A DNA stretch of 64,000 nucleotides, taken from the NCBI GenBank assembly GCA_043803945.1, contig JAZDJN010000012.1, forward strand, positions 32,001 to 96,000, read 5' to 3'. The position numbers and the translations under genes were made by a program. The DNA is from a bacterium (GTDB lineage: Bacteria > Bacteroidota > Ignavibacteria > UBA10030). This document shows positions 57,272 to 64,000 of this stretch, in pieces (the first letter of the stretch is position 1; each line of letters begins with the position of its first letter). The notes under the pieces were generated by a model. The model searched no databases and was not told where the DNA came from. It was given only the letters and a program-made list of their open reading frames with translations.

Positions 57272-57802
57272 TTATTGATAGTACTGCTTCAACTTTTCCG
57301 TTAATGCACTCCTCGCTTTGAAGATGCGCATCTTCACCGCTCCTTCCGTTGCCGAAACAATCTCCGCAATTTCCGCATAGGAGAGGTTTTCATACTCACG
57401 CAGAACCAATGCCTCCCGATAGTCGGGTTTCAAATTCATTAACAGTTGCTGAACAATAGCGACAGTTTCTTTTGCCTCCAACTGGTGGTGCGGCGTTGTG
57501 TCATCCCATACGCTGTCAGTATCGACCTGCCCGTTCATTCGGCGTTTTCGGATTTTCATCAATGCCTCATTCCGGGCGATGCGGAAAAGCCATCGCTTGA
57601 AGAGTGCCGGATCGCGGAGAGAGGCAAGCTCCTGCTGCACCTTCAGAAATGTATCGTGCACAACATCTTCCGCATCTGCAGAGTTACCCAAGATCCGCTC
57701 GCAATACGCAAAAAGCGGGTGCTTATAGTTCTCATAGAGAGCTTCAAATGCCGCTCCATCATTTGCAAGAAGGTCGTGAACGAGTGCTAGATCCGATTTC
57801 AC
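57272..57802 (-). CDS. ECF sigma factor (module 2)
   Basis: AEDVVHDTFLKV, WLFRIARN, LSYAEIA...VKMRIFKAR. Confidence 0.95.
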   Translation of the reverse strand: MKSDLALVHDLLANDGAAFEALYENYKHPLFAYCERILGNSADAEDVVHDTFLKVQQELASLRDPALFKRWLFRIARNEALMKIRKRRMNGQVDTDSVWDDTTPHHQLEAKETVAIVQQLLMNLKPDYREALVLREYENLSYAEIAEIVSATEGAVKMRIFKARSALTEKLKQYYQ

Positions 57803-57826
57803 TCTGGCTTTCGGGCTTTATTAACT

Positions 57827-57849
57827 GATGCGGAAAGATGCTGAAAGTT
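57827..57849 (-). promoter_or_regulatory. Predicted ECF autoregulatory promoter 2
   Basis: AAC-N16-CATC. Confidence 0.6.
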
Positions 57850-57884
57850 TCCGGGAGAAGGAAGGAATAATTGCCCAGGGATTC

Positions 57885-57931
57885 CGAACCGTTCCCTGAT
57901 ATTCGATTTACAAGAGCAAGGGAACGGTTCG
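57885..57931. repeat. 47-bp inverted-repeat element, copy 1
   Basis: cgaaccgttccct-N21-agggaacggttcg. Confidence 0.8.
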
Positions 57932-57942
57932 CTCACACCCGC

Positions 57943-59406
57943 TTATTGAGTTTCGCCAATTCCGCCCAGGTTATCGAGCTTGATGACAGGTAGAATTAGC
58001 ATGGCTGTAACAATTGTGAACAGAGGATAGAAAATATCGACGAGAATGCACATTTCGTCATAGAGCAATGAACAGAGGATTATTACAGCAATTCCAAAAA
58101 CGAAATTAGCAACAAAAGCATAGAATGGTTTCAGCTTGTATACAATAATCGCAGCAATGGCAATACACAGTATGGATATCCAAATATTCTCCAATTCCAT
58201 TCGTGTGATAATTTTCTTCTGAAGTACACTCTCAAGAATAAAAGCGTCATCCCGAACAGGATTCACAATTACGATCTTCCCTTGAATGTGTTCTCTATAT
58301 TCTTCGCTTGAAAGTCGCCTGGGTGGACCGAAATTGTTCCAAGCCATTCCATAACGGGTTCCGTATTTATAAAGACCATCACGCGAATCCTTCTCCGCGG
58401 CAATTTTCATTGGATTCCATCGATTATCATCCCGCACGTACGCTCTTCCATTGTGATCAACCGGGATTGTGTAATCCCCAAAAATCATATTGTGTCCTGA
58501 TTGTTGTAAGCGGAGATCATCAGGGTAGCTATGATATTTTCTTAACAACTCAATACTCATATTGGGAACGTATCGTTCACCAGCCGGGAGAATGTAATGC
58601 ATTTTAGGACCATATGGTGAACCAGAAGTGTATGTCGTTTGTACAACCTGGTGAAGCGTTGTCTGGAGAACCGAGTCTAGCGGAAAAGCTTTATCAAAAA
58701 GAGGAAGAGTCATAACAAGATTAGGGACTCTGGACAGCTCCTCCACAAATTTCCGATTAATCATTTCTCCTACAGATGCAGAATAATTAAGAAATATTGC
58801 TTTGGGACCCAGCTTACTTAACTCCATGATAAATTCTAATGAAATATTCTTTCTTTCTATTTCCCTAGAAGCTTTGTTCTTCACAACCCCTGTCCATGGA
58901 AATAAGTCAATCCAAACCACCTTCGAAGATTCTGCTTTCAAAAATGTCTTGTTTTGTAAGCCTGAAAGCGTTTCATATACCCTGATATCAATTACTTCAT
59001 CGTCGACAACTTTCATACTGTAGAACATTGTCACAATAAGAATAATAGCACAACCTGCGAGAAAGAGTTTTCCCGCTTGCGAGCTTAGCATGTAATGAAG
59101 TTGGGTAGTCCATAGATTCATCCTGGTTTGAAATCTATCACTGTATGCAACAGCAAGAAATGCCGGCAGAGATTCTTGCTTCGCCAGTTTCTTCAGCATC
59201 TCATGGATTGGCGGAAGCAAACAAAGAATACTGAGGACAATCAGAATCCAGAACATCCAGCCAAGATTGACATGATATACCATGTGCATTCGTTGGATCG
59301 TCAACCCTGTAAGCTTGCTCGCCGGAATGCTCAGGCATGCGAAGAGGACTGCCAGACTGAGGTATATATAGAGTGCAACATTACGCTGGCTTCCATTGGT
59401 CTTCAT
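57943..59406 (-). CDS. Multi-TM protein with CHASE2-like domain and no output domain (module 3)
   Basis: LSKLGPKAIFLN, LLRKYHSYP, IQGKIVIV and ESVLQ, then 3 TM and the stop. Confidence 0.75.
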   Translation of the reverse strand: MKTNGSQRNVALYIYLSLAVLFACLSIPASKLTGLTIQRMHMVYHVNLGWMFWILIVLSILCLLPPIHEMLKKLAKQESLPAFLAVAYSDRFQTRMNLWTTQLHYMLSSQAGKLFLAGCAIILIVTMFYSMKVVDDEVIDIRVYETLSGLQNKTFLKAESSKVVWIDLFPWTGVVKNKASREIERKNISLEFIMELSKLGPKAIFLNYSASVGEMINRKFVEELSRVPNLVMTLPLFDKAFPLDSVLQTTLHQVVQTTYTSGSPYGPKMHYILPAGERYVPNMSIELLRKYHSYPDDLRLQQSGHNMIFGDYTIPVDHNGRAYVRDDNRWNPMKIAAEKDSRDGLYKYGTRYGMAWNNFGPPRRLSSEEYREHIQGKIVIVNPVRDDAFILESVLQKKIITRMELENIWISILCIAIAAIIVYKLKPFYAFVANFVFGIAVIILCSLLYDEMCILVDIFYPLFTIVTAMLILPVIKLDNLGGIGETQ

Positions 59407-59437
59407 GTGTTTACATTCTCCCTTCTCGCTAATTGCC

Positions 59438-59848
59438 TTACCTTGTTTGAGAATTTCCTATTGATGGAGAAATTTCATTTTGTGGTTGTACGACAATGAC
59501 AGAGGTTGAGGCTATAATCCCCACGAAAAGAATAATCATCAGCAACATCGACGCATGAATAAAACGCGAAACTGCCTTCCTGCGTCTTACCCGAGGGTCT
59601 TGTATGGAACGAGCAGCGTTATGTTTCATTTGGTGCAAATATCCATACTGCACTTTCTTAACTACTTCATCACTTACCTTTATTGTTGGAAGCGATTGTA
59701 CACCTGAATGCAGGTGTAACAGCGACTTGAAAAAGTGCCGGCACTCTGAACAGGTATGGAGATGATAAAACAACGCACAGGAGGAGTCTTCCCCCAATTC
59801 ATTATCAACAAGCTGGCTAATTTGATATTGGTATTCTTCGCAATTCAT
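59438..59848 (-). CDS. ZAS single-TM anti-sigma factor (module 3)
   Basis: MNCEEY...SQLVDNEL...HLHTCSEC motif and a TM, with RBS ggagg. Confidence 0.9.
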   Translation of the reverse strand: MNCEEYQYQISQLVDNELGEDSSCALFYHLHTCSECRHFFKSLLHLHSGVQSLPTIKVSDEVVKKVQYGYLHQMKHNAARSIQDPRVRRRKAVSRFIHASMLLMIILFVGIIASTSVIVVQPQNEISPSIGNSQTR

Positions 59849-59892
59849 GGTTTCCTCCACACAACTTAAACGGTCATTGACGCTTCGTCATC

Positions 59893-60438
59893 CTATACTT
59901 TGTAGTAGGGTGTAAGTTTTTTCGTTAATGCTTTTCGGACTTTGAAGAGTCTGGATTTTACAGAGCTTTCTGTCGCACCTGTGATTTCCATAATTTCCCT
60001 GTAGGAAAGCTGCTCAAATTCCCGCAGGAGAATCACCTCACGGTATTCTGGTTTCAAGGACTGAATACACTTCTCAAGCAATACATGCTCTTCCTTTTCT
60101 TCCAAACGATCCAGCGGTGTTTCGCCTCCCCAGCATTCTTCCGATTCTTCGTGAAGTTCATCGAAAAGTTTTCTCTCCCTTAAGATGCCAAAAGCTTCAT
60201 TACGTGCGATAGCAAATATCCATGCGCGAAATGATGCTGATTGCTTAACGTTAACTGCTTGCTGAAAAATTTTGAGAAATGTTTCTTGAACAACATCTTC
60301 AGCCCAATGCTCATTCTGTAATAGTCGATAACTGAATGAATAGATTTTGTCCCGATAGCGTCTTGAAAGGTTTTCAAACGCGCTGGAACTGCCGTTCTGA
60401 ATCAGCATCAATAATTGTTCGTCAGTTAACGATGGCAC
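59893..60438 (-). CDS. ECF sigma factor (module 3)
   Basis: AEDVVQETFLKI, WIFAIARN, LSYREI...VKSRLFK. Confidence 0.95.
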   Translation of the reverse strand: MPSLTDEQLLMLIQNGSSSAFENLSRRYRDKIYSFSYRLLQNEHWAEDVVQETFLKIFQQAVNVKQSASFRAWIFAIARNEAFGILRERKLFDELHEESEECWGGETPLDRLEEKEEHVLLEKCIQSLKPEYREVILLREFEQLSYREIMEITGATESSVKSRLFKVRKALTKKLTPYYKV

Positions 60439-60532
60439 GGTGCATCCGATTGTGATTGGTTATTATTAACATTCCAAAGTTGAACTTTCTTACCATCATA
60501 ATCAATCTCACAATCCAACCCTTCATACTGTA

Positions 60533-60555
60533 GATGGAAAAGGGAGGGAAAAGTT
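60533..60555 (-). promoter_or_regulatory. Predicted ECF autoregulatory promoter 3
   Basis: AAC-N16-CATC. Confidence 0.6.
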
Positions 60556-60579
60556 GCTGGAGAAGTGGGCTAATTCGAC

Positions 60580-60626
60580 CGAACCGTTCCCTACTCTGAG
60601 ATACCTCAGCGCGAGGGAACGGTTCG
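60580..60626. repeat. 47-bp inverted-repeat element, copy 2
   Basis: cgaaccgttccct-N21-agggaacggttcg, with arms identical to copy 1. Confidence 0.8.
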
Positions 60627-60641
60627 ATGCAGTTATATAAA

Positions 60642-60670
60642 TTGACTTTCCTCACCGTATTCTCTACCTT
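60642..60670 (+). promoter_or_regulatory. Predicted sigma70 promoter of the PP2C gene
   Basis: TTGACT-17-TACCTT. Confidence 0.5.
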
Positions 60671-60737
60671 TTTGCCACATTGGGGAAAGAGGGGGGCTTC
60701 ACACCTCCATCATCAGGCAGGTATCAGGAAAAGAGTA

Positions 60738-62123
60738 ATGAGCGAATCCATCATTGACCGAATACAGAAAGCACTCAGGCAGGAGGAAATTCATGCTGAG
60801 CGGATCGCCAATACCGCCCGCATGACCTTTATCGGCATCATGGGCATTGCGGCACTCTTTAATGCACCTTCTGTGAGTATGAAGGTCAACCTTTTCAACT
60901 TCACAGCTCTGAGCTTTGCTGTTCTCTTTGGATTGATTGTTTATATCTCTCTCAAACGGGGCCGGTATGTTCCTTCCATGAAGTATATCACAACCAGCAT
61001 CGACATCGGACTTGTCTTTCTCCTGCTGCTCTATTATGCCAATGTCGAAATCCCAAGCGTCGCTCTCAAAAACTATGTCTTCCTCATCATCTTTCCGCTC
61101 ATTGCTTTGACAGTATTTCGGTACGATCCCAAGCTCACACTCTTTGCCGGCACACTTGCTACATTGTTTTATCTGCTTCTCTTCTTCCTTGTTCTTGGCT
61201 CCCTTGGCGTTGAGTCGGGAGGATACAGCACGGAGCTATTCACAATTCATGTTACTTTGATCGGTCAAGGGACAAAGTTTTTGATCTTGGTCTCTTTTTC
61301 AATTCTCTGCACCTACCTCGCTTATTACACGCGCAGAGTGATCCATCAAACGGTTGAACGGGAGGTGCATCTTCAGGTCAGCAGCGAGTTGGTCGAACGG
61401 GAGCTTCAACTGGCCGCTGAAGTTCAACGGCGTTTCCTTCCCTCGACCTTTCCAGTCATCAACAACCTTGAGCTCTTTGGGAAAGTCATACAGGGAACAT
61501 TCGTCGGCGGCGACTATTGCGATTTCATACAACTCTCTGATTCATCGGTCCTGCTCATCGTGGCCGATGTTTCAGGTAAGGGAATTCCCGCCGCACTCAT
61601 TATGTCTGAAGTCTATGCTGCAGTCCATGCCCTCAGCACCGAGTACGCCAGCCCGGAACTACTGGCACAAAAGCTCAACACTTTGGTCCACAGCAGCACG
61701 GGAAAGAAAGATTTTGTGACCCTGGTCCTCGTTGAAATTGACAGCAAGGTGAACCAGCTTTGCTATTTCAATGCAGGCCACCCTCCTCCGATCCTTTTGG
61801 TAAACGACAAAGCGATCTTGTTGGGAAAAGGGACAATCCCGCTTGGAGTGCTTGAAGAACTGCCGGGAAAAGAAAGCATTACGGTAGATTTTCCGCCGGA
61901 CAGCACATTGCTTGTGTACACAGACGGTGTGTTTGAACGGATGAATGCTGCGGGTGAACAATTTGGCATCGAGCGGATTCAGCAGCTTCTGGTTGATCGT
62001 CAATCAACCGACGCAGTTGCATTCGTCGATTGGATAATCGAACAGGTTAAACTCTTCGGTGATGGACAAGCTCTCGACGACGATTTAACGCTAGCGGTTG
62101 TATTGCGGAAGAATAGGGTGTAA
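60738..62123 (+). CDS. Membrane-bound PP2C/SpoIIE (RsbU-like) phosphatase
   Basis: About 6 TM, EL.LAAEVQ...LP, VGGDY, ADVSGKG, NAGH, YTDG, DDLT. Start inferred. Confidence 0.93.
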   Translation: MSESIIDRIQKALRQEEIHAERIANTARMTFIGIMGIAALFNAPSVSMKVNLFNFTALSFAVLFGLIVYISLKRGRYVPSMKYITTSIDIGLVFLLLLYYANVEIPSVALKNYVFLIIFPLIALTVFRYDPKLTLFAGTLATLFYLLLFFLVLGSLGVESGGYSTELFTIHVTLIGQGTKFLILVSFSILCTYLAYYTRRVIHQTVEREVHLQVSSELVERELQLAAEVQRRFLPSTFPVINNLELFGKVIQGTFVGGDYCDFIQLSDSSVLLIVADVSGKGIPAALIMSEVYAAVHALSTEYASPELLAQKLNTLVHSSTGKKDFVTLVLVEIDSKVNQLCYFNAGHPPPILLVNDKAILLGKGTIPLGVLEELPGKESITVDFPPDSTLLVYTDGVFERMNAAGEQFGIERIQQLLVDRQSTDAVAFVDWIIEQVKLFGDGQALDDDLTLAVVLRKNRV

Positions 62124-62248
62124 ATCGCGAACGCTGGTAAAACAAGATCGGTTTCTCAATCCATGTCCAATCGCTGTTCTCCTTTTCCAAGAAAAACGAT
62201 TCGGTGAGAATACCTTTTTAGAATTCACAATTGATCAGGTTCGATTCG

Positions 62249-63817
62249 TTAATAATTTCCGTGTGTATTAACATCTCCAATGGTTATGAGTGTCTGCCCT
62301 TGCATTCGATGGGCGACGTTTATTGCTGGAAAAACAATCAAAGCAACCCCTACGGAGAGAAGAGGGTAGATAATATCAATGAGGATGTTGAGATGTTGAT
62401 AGAAGAAATACCCGGTGAGGAGTACCCCCATGAGCAGTACTATCATGAGGAGAAAAGAAAGAAATGGCCTCGTATGGTAGGCAATGAGTCCGGCGAGTAC
62501 CAGGGATATGATCGAAAGCCATATGAAACCGGTATCGGTTTTGTGGATCATATGGTCACTTAATATACTTTCAGTAGCAATCATAAGAGCTCGACTCGGT
62601 GTGAATAGGCCACCTTCTCTTCCAAAATTTCCTCCCATAAAAACCACTTTCCCGTTGAATACCGAATGTAATGCAGCCTCGGAAACCTGACTCAGAGGAA
62701 ATGTCTCTCCTTTTACACTATCCAAATAGGATGTATAGTGAAGCAAGGTATCTTCTGATGAGCCTTTATAAAACCATAGGTCTCGCGTGTGAATAGATCT
62801 TTTTTGTGAGTATCCCTCATACCCATGCCCAAATGCCCATGCATTTCCTCTATGGAGAACTATATCACCACCTTCGAAGACAGGACATTGATCCCGAAAA
62901 TACAGAGACGATGTTCGGCTTGAAAGGCTAATTGAAAGTTTTGTATCCCCAATCAATATATCGTTTCCCCACAATCCTACGAATTGGTAGTATGGATAGC
63001 CATAATACTTTCTTAACACTCCATGAAAAAGCGGCCACCATGCCTGCCCATAGGAAATACTGGCAAGTCGTTCACTCGCCCATAAGGACTTTTCATTTAC
63101 CAGCGGTATGAAAATACCCATGCCATTCTTATCACGCAATTCTCCACTCCCATAACGAATTGATTCTCCCGGTGTTGCCAGCACCACAATATCACTATTC
63201 ATTAATTTAACGATTAAGCTATCAAGATCTTTATCTAACGGGAGTTCTTGTAGTGATAAATATACTGCTTTAGCTCCTGCGGCTTTCAGCTTTTCTACAA
63301 TGGTAACACAATCACGAAGGTGTTGTTTTGGATTTGTACTGAAATTCGCGTATGAGACATTTACAACATTCGTGAAGTGTTCAGATTTCTCTCTTGCGTT
63401 GCTGACCATTGATACGAATTCGTACATCTTTCCATTGAGTTCATCGTCAGGAAGTAACCTTGTCCACGATAAGAGCACTAGAACAGAAACGATCGACAGT
63501 CCGGCCAGGAGAAAAAGACCAATCCGACGAAGAGTTGAAAATCGATTGAATTGAATATTATTTAGAAGTGAGGGAAGTACCTTCCTCGTAATTGTGCCAA
63601 GAATTTCCTTAAGCAGGGGTACAACCGAGATAAGAGACAATGTGATAAACACCAAATGAAGCCATTCTATATTGACGCTTTGTGATGCACCTGAAGATCG
63701 TGGATAGCGAACGGTGACTGTCTGTTGGTTAAAAATAATACCCATCGCCGCAAAGAACATTGCCAGGATAAAATATGGCAGAAGCGATTTGAGTTTACTG
63801 TTTGGTTTGTTACTCAT
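62249..63817 (-). CDS. Multi-TM protein with CHASE2-like domain and no output domain (module 4)
   Basis: LKAAGAKAVYL, VLRKYYGYP, FNGKVVFMG and ESILSD, then 3 TM and a short tail. Confidence 0.78.
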   Translation of the reverse strand: MSNKPNSKLKSLLPYFILAMFFAAMGIIFNQQTVTVRYPRSSGASQSVNIEWLHLVFITLSLISVVPLLKEILGTITRKVLPSLLNNIQFNRFSTLRRIGLFLLAGLSIVSVLVLLSWTRLLPDDELNGKMYEFVSMVSNAREKSEHFTNVVNVSYANFSTNPKQHLRDCVTIVEKLKAAGAKAVYLSLQELPLDKDLDSLIVKLMNSDIVVLATPGESIRYGSGELRDKNGMGIFIPLVNEKSLWASERLASISYGQAWWPLFHGVLRKYYGYPYYQFVGLWGNDILIGDTKLSISLSSRTSSLYFRDQCPVFEGGDIVLHRGNAWAFGHGYEGYSQKRSIHTRDLWFYKGSSEDTLLHYTSYLDSVKGETFPLSQVSEAALHSVFNGKVVFMGGNFGREGGLFTPSRALMIATESILSDHMIHKTDTGFIWLSIISLVLAGLIAYHTRPFLSFLLMIVLLMGVLLTGYFFYQHLNILIDIIYPLLSVGVALIVFPAINVAHRMQGQTLITIGDVNTHGNY

Positions 63818-64000
63818 CTCAGCACCTTCCCTCCATAACTTTGAGGATATATCTCATATTGAATTTCTTTGAAGGATTGATCATCAACCGGCATTATTAA
63901 TGTTACTGCAGAGAAAAAAAGACCTGTACTCAAGGCAAGAACAAGAATGAACCCTGCAGTAAGAAATGATCTTATTCCACGCTTCTCGGACAACGCAGTC
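63814..64000 (-). CDS. C-terminal part of a probable fourth anti-sigma factor (cut by window edge)
   Basis: Own translation ...KRGIRSFLTAGFILVLALSTGLFFSAVTLIMPVDDQ...KVLR*. ATGA overlap with the CHASE2 gene, and it resembles the TM region of anti-sigma 3. Confidence 0.6.
   Translation of the reverse strand, partial: TALSEKRGIRSFLTAGFILVLALSTGLFFSAVTLIMPVDDQSFKEIQYEIYPQSYGGKVLR

Overview
Bacterial chromosome segment, probably FCB group (Ignavibacteria/Bacteroidota-like). That assignment is an inference from the Hc1-type histone-like gene, the dcw gene order without ddl, and the TonB/ECF content. Four zones: (1) 1-17.2 kb is accessory DNA. It holds an S24 repressor end, a SWIM protein, a decayed island (HepT remnant, orphan IS21-like end, TcmP/DUF5131 pair, PIN toxin with an oversized antitoxin) and a co-oriented 8-gene minus-strand locus. 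That locus encodes three papain-fold enzymes, an EEP nuclease and envelope proteins, and is interrupted by a GIY-YIG gene with a REP-like array. (2) 17.2-31.8 kb is mixed housekeeping: SRAP, DUF72, CNNM, an SF1 helicase with all catalytic motifs degenerate, Hc1, SDR, feoAB plus a Cys-rich miniprotein, a methyltransferase and phosphatases. (3) 32.0-50.5 kb is a full dcw cluster from mraZ to ftsZ, with an extra gene between murG and murC, a deleted four-helix-bundle cassette between ftsA and ftsZ, and a candidate structured RNA after ftsZ. (4) 51.1-64 kb is a tandem array of three complete ECF sigma / ZAS anti-sigma / third-gene modules plus a probable fourth cut by the window edge. The third gene is an output-less CHASE2-like membrane sensor (x3) or a soluble double TonB_C protein (x1), and the three visible sigma genes share an AA(C/G)-N16-(C/A)(A/G)TC promoter. 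No rRNA, tRNA or CRISPR array was seen. All family calls come from motif recognition by eye, not from database searches.
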